DNA of 63,336 bases, filler included, from Olpidium bornovanus S191 (taxonomy: Eukaryota > Fungi > Olpidiomycota), in the NCBI GenBank assembly GCA_017911155.1. It is 32 parts of 32 records of this genome, joined end to end, with 100 filler letters (N's around TTAATTAATTAA, not from the genome) between each part and the next. Parts side by side here need not be neighbours in the genome. Positions count along the whole stretch, not along the records: positions 10,754 to 12,455 come from JAEFCI010011414.1; positions 12,556 to 14,618 come from JAEFCI010006749.1; positions 14,719 to 16,002 come from JAEFCI010008584.1; positions 16,103 to 18,617 come from JAEFCI010004398.1; positions 18,718 to 20,032 come from JAEFCI010006454.1; positions 20,133 to 23,094 come from JAEFCI010000150.1; 26 more parts are not named here. One strand, written 5' to 3'. Below, one piece after another: positions 11,151 to 22,263 of the stretch; the first letter of the stretch is position 1, and every line of letters begins with the position of its first letter. Under the pieces are notes generated by a model. The model worked only from the letters and a program-made list of their open reading frames with translations. It was not told where the DNA came from and made no database searches. Both the position numbers and the translations under genes were made by a program.

Positions 11151-11942
11151 TGGTGCAGGTGACGAGCTCTGTCGGTTTGGCGCATCTAGTAGATAGCGGT
11201 ATTTTTAATTTGCGATGAAGTCGGCTGGGCGGCAAAGGGTGGCATAGTCGGCCCAATTACCTATGACGTGTGCGTCGTCCCGACAGGAATAGAGCGGTAG
11301 CAGTGAAATCGTAAAGCAAAAATCGTCCTTGGAGAATGTGACACCGCAGTTGCCTTTCGTTAGTTTCACAACTCAACTCCGTCTTCTTTTTCTGGTCCTA
11401 AGACAGACTCGTTTCTTCTGCAAGTTCCCGTTGTCATACTCAAATGTACACCCCGTTTGCCGCATACGCCACTTCCCCGGGACCGAATTCTGCCAGCCGA
11501 TGTTAAAGGGACTGTGATTCAGGTCAAAAAGCGACAAGAATTTAAACCTGGCACTGCTGGCAAGCACCGCGCAGCGAATGGTAGCAGATTTATCATTTCC
11601 TTTCAGATCCTCGCGGGTGGACCGCACCGCGGCGGCCAGCACGAGGCCCGTGGCACGCAATTTGGGCCATTCCACACTCGTGGCGGCGCCCGCAACACCG
11701 GCTTTTCCCGCTGTTTGCCGCTATCATTTTTGGGGGACGAAGTCTGCCTTCAAACGAAAAAGCGTCCGATGTGAGCAGGAGATGGAGAGCTGGCTCAGGC
11801 CGATCTTCTATAATCGGGAAAAGAAAAGAGGCAACCGGGCGGTTTCCTGTCGCCCGTATTCTCGAGTGCAGGCGCTGCGTTCCCTTTCTCTCGCCGGCGC
11901 CCCCCGGGCGCTGCCCGGTCTCTTTTCCAACTCCGCGGTCCT

Positions 11943-12209
11943 TTACTCCTTCGAAGCGGCGTAAGTCGAAAGCGGGTCGGCCGCTTTTGACGACGACTGC
12001 GCCGCCGACCCGCCGCCGGGCGGGCCGCGGTACGGCAGCGGTTCGTCGATGCCCGGGCGCGGGGCAGCGGCGTCGCCGGCGCCGCCCTTCTTCCTCGCTT
12101 TCCTGCGCGGGTCGTAGCCGGCGCGCGGCCGAGCAACCTTTGCCCAGATGAAGTAGATGGCACCCAGGGCCGCGACGGCGGAGACCGCGTAGAGGATCTG
12201 CTGTCGGGT
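11943..12209 (-). CDS. Last exon of a single-pass membrane protein, unidentified
   Basis: CAG acceptor at 12210, then TRQQILYAVSAVAALGAIYFIWAKVARPRAGYDPRRKARKK...SKE*: a hydrophobic helix followed by a basic tail, with GC3-rich codons. Confidence 0.5.
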   Translation of the reverse strand, partial: TRQQILYAVSAVAALGAIYFIWAKVARPRAGYDPRRKARKKGGAGDAAAPRPGIDEPLPYRGPPGGGSAAQSSSKAADPLSTYAASKE

Positions 12210-13186
12210 CTGTTCGAGAGGAGGGCGGAAAGAAGCGGGGGAGGCGAGTTAACGCAAAAGCGACGAGGTGAGCCCCTGGGGCGGGGTCGTGCGGAGACGT
12301 TCACGCGAAAGCGCGCGGCGGGGATTGGGGGAAGGGGCGGGGAGGGGGGGGGGGAACGGGCCGCGTTTCAGAAGGGATGATCCCGCGGCTTCCCGGGGGC
12401 CCTTCCCCCCCCCCCCCCCCCCCCCCCCGCCCCCGCCCCCCGCCCCCGCCGCCCCNNNNNNNNNNNNNNNNNNNNNNNNNNNNNNNNNNNNNNNNNNNNT
12501 TAATTAATTAANNNNNNNNNNNNNNNNNNNNNNNNNNNNNNNNNNNNNNNNNNNNAGACGTTCACAGCTTTTTGGGCCCATCGTCTGCGTGACTTCCGTA
12601 GCATCTCGGCCACCGTGGCAGCTTGTGTTTCCCAACGGCCGTCTCCAACGAGAGGCAACGTTGCGCGCACGCATGATCCGGTTTCTCCACTTCTGCTGGC
12701 GTTTCGAGCAATGGGGGACGGCGGCGACATAGAAGTTTGCGTTGCTTTGCTCCATTACGCGGTCTGACACCAATTCATCGACTTCTGCTTCCAATTAACA
12801 GTATTGAAATTCCTTTCCTCAACTTCCTTCAGGCTTCGCCGCTCCATGGTCATCTCTTACTGCCAGGCGATGCTGTGGCCTCCCGCCTTTTTCCTCCCCT
12901 GCCTTTTTCCTCCCCTATGATCAGCGGGAGTTGGAGTTTCTGTTCCTTCCTTCTGACGCACAGTACTGTGGCCCAAACGGCCCCGCATATCGTAATTATG
13001 ATCCTCGTGTCAACCCTGTCGTGGATGACTTTCTCGTTTAAGACATCTCTCCACCCTCGGATGATGCGTGTTGCGAGCGAGCTGTACATGCACTACACAC
13101 ACAGGCTGAAAACCCCGCACCAGAACTCTACCTTTCCCCGAACGAACTAAATAAACGGAAAGCACATAGTCGCATAATAACAGGTT

Positions 13187-14618
13187 ATGAGCCCAAGGCT
13201 CCAACGCTCCCCTCCCAATGCGCCCGCGGCAACCATGTGCGAGCGCAGAAGCGAAAGAATCGCATCGAAGGCCGACGCGGGACGCCTACCTCACGCTCCC
13301 GAGCGAACGGAGCAAAAACAAGAGGAACACGAGGACAAGGTAAGTAGTACCTTCGCTCCTCTGACGTCCCAACTCTTAGCAGAAGCAACTTCTGCAGTGC
13401 GCACGCGCTCAGGAACGGCAGACACTGCCAAAAGGGAAGAAAACGTTGGAAAACGTGCAGAACCCTCTGCCTCTGCGCCCACTGCTCTCACCTTCGAAGA
13501 AAGCGCAGCAGCCGTCGCAGGGAGCGGCTCCCGCGGATTGGAAAAGCACATAAACCAACTTCTAAACACACAAGAAGAAGAAAAACGTGCCCGGCATGCT
13601 GCCAAGCAGCGTTTAGACAGACTAACCTCATTGTTCGAGAACTTCCTTCTGCAGAACAAGCGTGGGCACACCGAGCGCGACACCGAGCGCGGAAACAACG
13701 GCGCCGCACAACAGCCCTCGGACGAAAGCGCCGACGAAAGCGCCAACGAGAGCGATGAACAGAGCGTACGTTCCGTTACCAGCTCAAATTCTAACGCCTC
13801 GCATCTCCCAGCACGGAACAACAGGTTCCCCCAACTCAGCTGGAACCAAGTAAAACCCCTGCTCGAAGACGTACCTAAATACGATGGAGGCGGTGGCATC
13901 GACAACCTGCAAGCATTTATATCCAAATTTACGCATACGACCGCCACAGCGCAGGCATCGTCACAGACGAGATAAAAGTCGATCACGCCATTCAGAAACG
14001 GCAGACGTCTGCGCATAAATTATGGCTAACACATGAAGCTAAGTGCCTGGCTGGTTCTCCCGATCATTGGAAAAACTGGCCGCAATTGCGTAGCGCACTG
14101 CGAGAACGATTCTGCCCGCCCCATTACGTTGACGAACTTCGCGAGAAACTCCTAAAAATCCATTTCTCGAAGTTCACCTCCATAACTGCATACACAGACG
14201 CTTTCAACAGCATATACATGCAACTACCGGATGTCGACGAGAAGGACCAGCTCCTCATCGCACAATATCACGCGGGCCTACCAGCCACCTTACAAGAACG
14301 CTTCGAGTACAAGAACAAGGTCAACTTGCGCACCGTCACCGACGTCCAGAACGTCACAATGCGCATAGCCAAATTCGGCCAATGGCCGAAGAGCGCGGGA
14401 CACACGCACAGTGCGCATAATGCGCATAATGCGGAAGCCGCGAAGCCTGGCAGCAACAACTCCACCCGGAAGACCCACTTCAAGGCTCCGGACGGCACAT
14501 GGGTCCCCTTCTCGAAGATCACCTGCAATAACTGCGGCAAGAAAGGTCACTTCCCCGCAAAGTGCCGATCCAAAGAGAAAAGGAAAGACACCGCAGGCAA
14601 GAACTGCCAAGAAAACCA
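13187..14618 (+). mobile_element. Ty3/gypsy-like gag with CCHC zinc knuckle, copy 3, one frameshift
   Basis: MSPRLQRSPP...LEDVPKYDGGGGIDNLQAFISKF, a -1 shift near 13930, then KVDHAIQK...WPQLRSALRERFCPPHYVDELREKL...CNNCGKKGHFPAKC. Confidence 0.85.
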
Positions 14619-14718
14619 NNNNNNNNNNNNNNNNNNNNNNNNNNNNNNNNNNNNNNNNNNNNTTAATTAATTAANNNNNNNNNNNNNNNNNNNNNNNNNN
14701 NNNNNNNNNNNNNNNNNN

Positions 14719-15438
14719 CATGAGCGATTGGCCGATGGCCGTGAGCGGAGCTTCGTGATGAGGCGAAGCGAGCAGGATGGATGTTGCGTGATCGCGGATA
14801 GCGGTATACACGTCTCTGTCAACAACAGGGTTAGAATTAAACTGTTGCTGCGAGGGCTGTTCCCTGGAGCAAGTATTCTCGGCAACTTCGGTTAGAACCG
14901 AAGACTGTTGGGGGGCTGTCAACCGCACGAGGAACAATGACGGGCGCGGGTTGGTGATGCCAAACGTCACAGGGTCGTCCTCCAGCACCTTTTTCAGCCC
15001 GTAGACGCGACAGCCAAGGCGGCTCCTGATCATCACGCCCAGCTCCGTCAACTGGATCGGCCCGCCGCGTTCGCGCAAGAGGCACTGGTAGGCCGCTCCT
15101 CTAATGTCTTCGTCTCGCCTGTCATCTTGCCTGTCGTCTCGCATGTCAAAATCGTCCTGCTCCGCCTTGACTTCCTCCTCATCGACTTCCTCCTCCCACG
15201 AGTCCCTCAGCACCCTCCTCGTGGCCGAGCTATGTAGCTCGGGACGCCTGTGCCGTTCTGGAATAAATTTTTCAGGTATTTGCTCGGCTGCCTCCCGATC
15301 GCTATCCACACCGTTTGAAACGGAGTCGACGCTTGCTTCGGGGCTGTCGCCGGTACGGCTGCAATCCACGCCTGCGGCGTTTGCCGCGCTGGTGGCCGCG
15401 ACTTTAACATTGGCGGTCAGGTTAACATTGGCATACAT
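14719..15438 (-). CDS. Protein with LOTUS/OST-HTH-like winged-helix repeats, 3' partial
   Basis: AAYQCLLRERGGPIQLTELGVMIRSRLGCRVYGLKKVLEDDPVTFGITNPRPSLFLVRL, then a second similar unit starting DVYTAIRDHATSILLASPHHEAPLTAIGQSL. An acidic linker precedes the first unit. Confidence 0.55.
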
Positions 15439-16240
15439 TGTTGTTGGTCGATATCAAAGCCGCCTGGGGCAACAGACAGGGCGTCACAAGTCGGTCAGAA
15501 GCACAAGGAGGAAACCCAACGACGGCCGCGGGAAGGCCGGACAGAGAGCCGGGTACCGCGCCGTCCCGGGCGCTAGGGGGAAAAGGAAGGGGTACAGCCT
15601 TCTGCGCGCCGTGCGCAGAACGCACCTACTTTGCGACGGAGCCGTCATGACAGTCGCCCTCGGCGAAGAAAGGAGGGGAACGCGCGAGGCGGCGTTCAAA
15701 CGGACGACACACGCGTGGAGTCCGAGCAAGCCCGCGGCGCCGTTTTTCTTTCCCTGTCGCGAGTCGTGCGGCGTTACGGCGGGGGTCCGCCGTCCGCGAA
15801 CAAAAGGGAGGTGTGTGGGTGCGGGCGGTCGACCCTGTCCCAGGCTCCTCCCCTCTCCTGCCCCCGGGCGCCAAACGCGGAATTTTTGGCTTTTGACGTC
15901 GTTTTGGTCACCGGAAAGTCTGCTGCAAAAGCGACGCGGCTGGCGGACTGGGCGCAGGAAAGTCTCTTACTCCCGGCCCCAGCGAGATCCACCTGTCCAT
16001 GANNNNNNNNNNNNNNNNNNNNNNNNNNNNNNNNNNNNNNNNNNNNTTAATTAATTAANNNNNNNNNNNNNNNNNNNNNNNNNNNNNNNNNNNNNNNNNN
16101 NNGGCGATTAGTGAGTGGAAAGCCAATGGGTGTTCGCACGTCAGGGCAAGGTTCAAAATGCACGCCGGAGTTTGCCGTCGTGTAGGTCGGGTTTGCGAAC
16201 CGGCCGGCCGACCGCCGGCATGGATTCCACGCAAACACGC

Positions 16241-17817
16241 CTATCCGTCAAACTGGTAATCTATACCCGACCGCCTGAGTTTCTTGGCCTTTTTCTTTGC
16301 GGCAACCTTTTCCTTTTCGAGTGCCTTGCGAATTCCCTCTTTTGTCTTTTTGGCGTTGTGTTGCTTGCGCGCCACGGCATAGTGGTCAATGGCGCGGTAC
16401 TGTTTACCGGCACCAGCGAATGTCTTCGGGTGCACGGACGCAGCGGGTATGAGCTTGCACTGAAGGAGCCGGCCGGAGAGGAGGTAATTGTGCATCGTGT
16501 CGCATATGATCTTGGCCACATCCTCGGACCGGAACTCGATGAAGGCGTACTGTTTCGAGCGACCAGTCTATGCAATTTTACAAAACATTGGCCATCCAGG
16601 AAAAAAAGAAAAAAACAGTTATGTTTCGCCGGGCAAAAGTCACTGCCGAGGCTCCGGAAAACTTTTGGATAATGGTATCATTACCTTTTTGTTCCGCGCC
16701 AGCCTGAGGCGAGTCACTTCGCCGAACTGGGAAAAGTACTCGCGCATTTGTTTTTCGTAAAACCCGGGGGGGATTCGGCCAAGGTATACGACTCCCCGCT
16801 TGGTATTGCTTGCGGGCTGCACACAAACAGCTTAAATAAATAGAACAAACTGGCGACGACGCGCAAACCAACAGCAAACGAAAACCGCACATCACTTATT
16901 ACCCCAACAGCCTGCAGCTTCTTCTTCGTGGAGTCCAATGCAATAACTTGGTGCCCTTGCGCAAAAACGTCCAGCTTGTCCGTCTTTCGACTCCCCTTAC
17001 GCGCTTCAACTGTGGGAAGCTCCTGCACCCTTTCGTCGTCCGACGAGTCCTCGCCGTCGCTGCTGTCGCTGACGTCGATGCCCTTGAGAAGATCACGGCG
17101 GGACAGCTCCTTCTCATCGCCGTCGTCGTCGCCATCTCCGTCGTTGTCCTCGGACGCGTTTTCACCAACGCTGAGTTCCGCGTCCTCGTCGCTTCCAGAC
17201 TTGGGCTCGCAGCCAGCAATAAGCGCGTCGCCGAGCGCAACAGCTCGGCCTACCTCGTCGGCCAAAAAGGCAAGCCCGGCGGCCTCCTTGTTCGCGTCAC
17301 CAGACGTCGCTCCTGCAGCTGCACCGCCCTCGGCTTCCTCGGCGGGCTTGTTTCGCCGGCGCTTCTTCGGCACCGCCCAAGCCGCCGCGGCGGATTTTGC
17401 CGCAGAAGGCTCGCGGCGCTTTTTCGGCACCGCCAAAGCCGCAGCGTCGGTCTTGACCGCCGAACGCTCGCGGCGCTTCATCGGCACCGCCAAAGCCGCC
17501 GCGGGCTTGGCTGCCGAAGCAGCCGCAGCGGTCTTAACCTCCGAGGCTGCTGCCGCAAGCTTGACCGCTGGCGCCGCCGCGGTTTTTACTGCCGAAGGCT
17601 CGCGGCGCTTCTTCGGCAACACCGAAGGCGCGGCGGCGGTCTTTACCGCCGAAGGCTCGCGGCGTTTCTTCGGCACAGCCGAAGCCGCCGCGGCGGTCTC
17701 TACCGCCGAAGGTTCGGGGCGCTTCTTCGGTACGGCCGAAGCCGCGGCGGCTGCGCTGCTCGCCGAAGGCTTGCGGGCCCGGGGAGCCGCCGAGCGACGC
17801 TGTTTTTCGGAAGGCAT
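16241..17817 (-). CDS. NOP15: Nucleolar RRM protein Nop15/NIFK with a repetitive N-terminus
   Basis: Exons 17817-16903, 16816-16685 and 16567-16241 give [49 protein letters not shown]...[13 protein letters not shown]. Confidence 0.9.
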
Positions 17818-18079
17818 GGCTAACAGCCGTTCGTTTCGCCGCCGCTTGCTGCTGCCGCTGCCAACGGAGATTCTGCCCGGGAAGGGGAGGGGAAGGGAGA
17901 GTTTGGGCAAGAGCAGGCTCGTTTGGGGAGATGGGGGGGGGGGGGGGGGGGGGGGGGGGGGAAAAGGGGGGGCGGGGGGGGGGGGAGGGGGGGGGGGGGG
18001 GGGGGAATATACGTGGTTGGGGGCGTGGGAGGCTTCTGGGGCGTTCTCACCGCTAATCCACGTAGGAATTGCGGTATAG

Positions 18080-18617
18080 GGAAGCGGGAGTAGGTTCCTC
18101 CAGGGAAATCGATGCGACGAGCGAGATGCTGTCGAACCGCGCGGAGGTGCTCCGGCTTCTGCTCGTCCTGCTGTCGAAGACCCTTTACATGAACGTGGGT
18201 AAGTTGACTTGCAACCCGCCTCTGCGCGACTCAAGCGCTTCTGGGTTCTGACGGACGGTTCTAAATTCCAGCCTCTACCCTTGCAAGCGATAATCCGTGG
18301 GCCGAGCACATGACGGTGCACGCTCCAAAGGCGCAAGTGCTGCCGATTCTGTGCAGCATGCTCAACACCGCGATGAGATACGACCCCGACGGATGGGGCC
18401 TCCCGTACGTGTTTCACCGGGCGCCCCGACGCCCGGATTGTTTTCAAACGCTTCCGGCCCAAGAAACCGATCCGCCTTTCTCTCCAGCTATGACCACATG
18501 CTCGTGACGGACCACCGCGAGACCGTCGTCGCGCTGTCTCTGCAGACCCTGAACGCGCTGCTGGATTACCACCGGGCGGCGGGCGAGGGTCTCGCGCAAG
18601 GCGGACCTCTCGCTCCC
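18080..18617 (+). CDS. HID1: HID1/Ecm30 family protein, internal exons
   Basis: Exons 18080-18198, 18272-18404 and 18488->18617 give (W)EAGVGSS...SNRAEVLRLLLVLLSKTLY...DNPW...LCSMLNTAMRYDPDGWGLPYDHMLVTDHRE. Confidence 0.82.
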
Positions 18618-18991
18618 NNNNNNNNNNNNNNNNNNNNNNNNNNNNNNNNNNNNNNNNNNNNTTAATTAATTAANNNNNNNNNNNNNNNNNNNNNNNNNNN
18701 NNNNNNNNNNNNNNNNNCCCTGTGGGGCGGTGGGTGGGGGGGGGGGACGGGGGAGTGAGCGGTGTTTGGTGTTTTGTTCTTTGTCCCCTGAGGAAGGCGG
18801 TGGAGGGGAGGCGGGGTGGGTGGGTGGTGGTGGTGGTGGTTTTGGGTTGTGTGAAACACGAAAAAGTACACGCGGCGTCGACGCTCCTCCGCCGCCCCGG
18901 CCCCCTTCCTCTCCCTCAACCGGCTCAGTCCTCTTTCCGTTCTCGACGGTCCCCCACGCGTCGGAAACACCCACCCCCCTCCGCTCCCACG

Positions 18992-19638
18992 ATGATGGTG
19001 AGCGCGCTCTCGGGGGAGATTGGCTGCTCAGAAGCGCTCGCGACGCGCTTGCGCAACGCGTCCGCGACGAGGTGAGGGCAAGGCGGGGCCCCGTCGGGCC
19101 ATCTCGCCTGCTCCGGGCCTCCGCCGGGGATGAGGGGGGGCGGGGAAGTCGGCGACCCGTCGGACGGTTTTCTCGCGGGCGCCGCTGATCCGTGACTCTC
19201 TCCCCGTCCTCCCCCCCCCTCCCCCGCCGTTCACCACCCTTCGACGTTGTGGGCGGGGTTTCTTCCCGACGGCCAAAAAAAAAAAAAATATTTTTTTTCC
19301 TTTTTTTTCCGGGCGATCGCATTTCCGTTTTGCAGTCCCAGACCTACCGCAAGGCGATAGCGGCCCGGCCCGGAGGGGCGTCCGCGACGTCCCTGGGCCA
19401 CAGGCCCCGGAAGCAGGAGCTGACCGCGGAGCAGAAGCAGGAGATCCGCGAGGCTTTCGACCTCTTCGACACCGACGGCACGGGCACGATCGACGCGAAG
19501 GAGCTCAAAGTCGCGATGCGCGCCCTCGGCTTCGAGCCCAAAAAGGAGGAGATCAAGAAGATGATCGCCGACATAGACAAGAGCGGCTCCGGCACCATCG
19601 ACTTCAACGAGTTCCTGGAGATGATGTCGGTGAAGATG
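18992..19638 (+). CDS. CETN: Centrin (EF-hand), 3' partial
   Basis: Exon 19336-19638 encodes [70 protein letters not shown]. The putative first exon is ATG(ATG) at 18992-18997, followed by a GTGAGC donor. Confidence 0.95.
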
Positions 19639-19647
19639 GTAATGGCG

Positions 19648-19678
<31 letters not shown>

Positions 19679-22178
19679 TTCCGCGCCCGGGCAAAAAGCG
19701 AACAAAAGGCACGGCGCGCGCGCGCGCTGGCCGCCTTGAGATCCGTCTGCGAGCTTCGCCGTATACCCGAACCAGCATCAATTCCTTCTTCGCCCCTTGT
19801 TCCGTTCCTCCGTTCCTTGATGCTCGCGGTCTTCCTCTCGTTACCGGGATTCTGCGCGTTTTCCGAGGTTTCGCCGCTTTCGCCTCCCCGCACCCCCACC
19901 CCCCCCCTGTCGCTTTCTCACTCTCTCCGCATCGTTTCCAAGATTTCCACGCTTTTCCCCGTTTCTGACCCCCTCCCCCCCAATTCATCTTCGTACCTGT
20001 TCGCTTGCGGCGTTCCCGTTTGATCCTGCTGCNNNNNNNNNNNNNNNNNNNNNNNNNNNNNNNNNNNNNNNNNNNNTTAATTAATTAANNNNNNNNNNNN
20101 NNNNNNNNNNNNNNNNNNNNNNNNNNNNNNNNCATGACGACGACGACGGTCGCACCACTGCCGGACGACTCCAGGAAGTTCGGGATGACGGCCTTCCGCG
20201 GGAAGAACGTGCGGCACCGATTTAGGGGCGGGCAATTCAACGTCGTCAAAGTACGGCGAAGCCGGCATCGGTCGACTCACTCGCGTCAGCAGATCCTTGA
20301 CAACCTGACAAGCGGTGTCATACTTCGTTGGATTGGTGATGTCCTGTGGATGTCACGAAGTCAGTCTCGCCGCATCGGTGATCACAAATATGGGCGTACT
20401 GCCTGTGATTCGGGCAAGAGGTGGGAAACATTCACCTGAAGAGCACCCATAACGGCCCCGGCGAACTGGCCTACTCCATCCTTGGAAAGAGCGGTGAAGA
20501 CGTCCGAAACGTACGTGATTTCTGTGATGAAAGCCGCATCAACCTGTCCAACGCAAACAAATCGGCGATCAAATTCTGCCTCGTGATGGACGAACGCTGC
20601 CTTCCACACCACTCTTCCCCCGCCCATCCCCGACGGGATAAAGGTCGCTTACCTTGTCGCTAGGATCGAACACATCAGTGTTCAAGCCGGGAAAACGATC
20701 ATTGAAGGACTTGACGACCTCAGACAAAGGGCGAGGCGAGGGCATGGCAGCGGCAACGGGCTTCAGCCACCAAAAAAAATATTCCGTATGAATATTATTG
20801 ATCGCGCAGTGACACACACCGGTTACCCATCATCGATGGTTACAACAGACCTCGCTAAACGCGCCCTCGATGGCTCCTGATGCGAACTCCATGGCCACTT
20901 GCAGCAGTGACTCGCGAGCGTTTGCAACGGAATCTGTAACATTCTTCATCATCCCGACAAACTGGTCAGGCGTTGATGGGGCATCCTTAAGAAAGAACTC
21001 CGGTCTGACCATGGGCAGAATTTCTGGAAGGCGACACCGGCGGAAGCGAGATAAGAGAACAACGCAGGGAATCCGCGGTGCCGTCGAACGACGCCGCACT
21101 GTTCCGGGCTGGCGACATCGAGGGTTCACCGTTGTCCCGCACTCCAAATAAACGGAACAAGGTCCGGCGCCGGCGACGAAAAGCCGCGAGACGCACGCTG
21201 GCTGATTTCAGGTCTCACGCCGAGGACAGTGATCGCGGCAACCGCCCGGCCCTGGCTGCCGCCGCCGCCGAATGGTGCGGAGAAGAACGGGCTGGCGGCC
21301 CACGACTGGACGCCGAGCGGAGGAACGTTCTTCGCGGCTCCGGCAGAGTGGGCGAGCAGGCCAGGCAGGCTGGAGTAGGGCAGCTCGTCCGCCCGCGCTG
21401 CTTCCCAGAACGGCGGCGACTGGTCCGGGGAAAAGGGCGCCTTGACCAGGTAGAGGGGACTTCCTGCAGGGGGGGATAACGGCGGAGGCGGACGAGTGCG
21501 ACGCAGGGGGATCACGCGTTATCGGATCGGTACCGGGGAAGGAGAACGACGGGGACGCTGTTCGCGTAGTCTGTCCCGGGCCCCACCCCGGTGCAAACGC
21601 TGCGCTCGGCGAGGCCTCTGGGGGGATGTTTAGAGAAGCCGTCCCAAACCCGAAGCGGAAAGAATTCAGAGGAGTTCTGAAGCTGCCAGGCAATGCTTTA
21701 ATTGTTTGAGAACGTAGCAAATCGCCCACCGAAATTTGAAAATGCACCATCTCCATCTTCTGCGTGCGAAGGAGGCACCCGCAGTATTCCGCCAGCCCGC
21801 AACCCGGTTGTTTGACGGGTCCGCCACGGAAGGGAGGGGATGGGAGGGCGGGGGGCGTGCGCCCACAAGTGGCCCGAGGGCGAAACGATCTCCCGACGGC
21901 TTCGAGGGCGCCGCACAGGCCCGGACCCCGACCTCGTCAACCCACCACACAGGCGCACGGGCAGTCCGGGTGTTCTCCCTCCCCGGTTTTTATCGACAAC
22001 TTCAACAATCTTGTCCCGGCAAGCAAACTTTTTCCTGCTTTCCCCGCGGGCGCTTTGTGAGGAGGGCCCTCTCGCCCCTTGTGCCGGCCACCATTCTCCA
22101 ATTTCGCTCTGAGTTCCCGGTCGACCCGGCTCTTTTTTCTTTTTTTTTTTTTTTTTTTTTTTTTGCCATCCGCCTCAC

Positions 22179-22263
22179 CTGTTGACGGCTCGGCGACGAC
22201 GGCTGTGAACGCCGGGCACCATGCGACGGCAGCGGCCAGGAGGTGGAGCGGACGGACCTTCAT
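22179..22263 (-). CDS. Possible signal-peptide first exon of a secreted protein
   Basis: MKVRPLHLLAAAVAWCPAFTAVVAEPST followed by a G|GTGAGG donor. Downstream exons were not identified. Confidence 0.3.

Noticed and set aside
11149-11166. TGGTGCAGGTGACGAG as a tRNA primer-binding site
   Set aside because: It lies at the 3' end of a decayed gag, not after an LTR end.
12556-12800. EVDELVSDRVMEQSN as the start of a gypsy reverse transcriptase
   Set aside because: No CVDYRxLN or other downstream RT motif could be recovered.
13924-13932. AAATTTA as an RSV-type -1 slippery site in gag copy 3
   Set aside because: The heptamer is not in the required A AAT TTA phase (codons are AAA TTT ACG); a 1-nt deletion explains the shift.
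20133-21500. Possible transposase or post-integrase remnant (for example DQFVGMMKNVTDSVANARESLLQ)
   Set aside because: No diagnostic catalytic motif; the resemblance is too weak to call.
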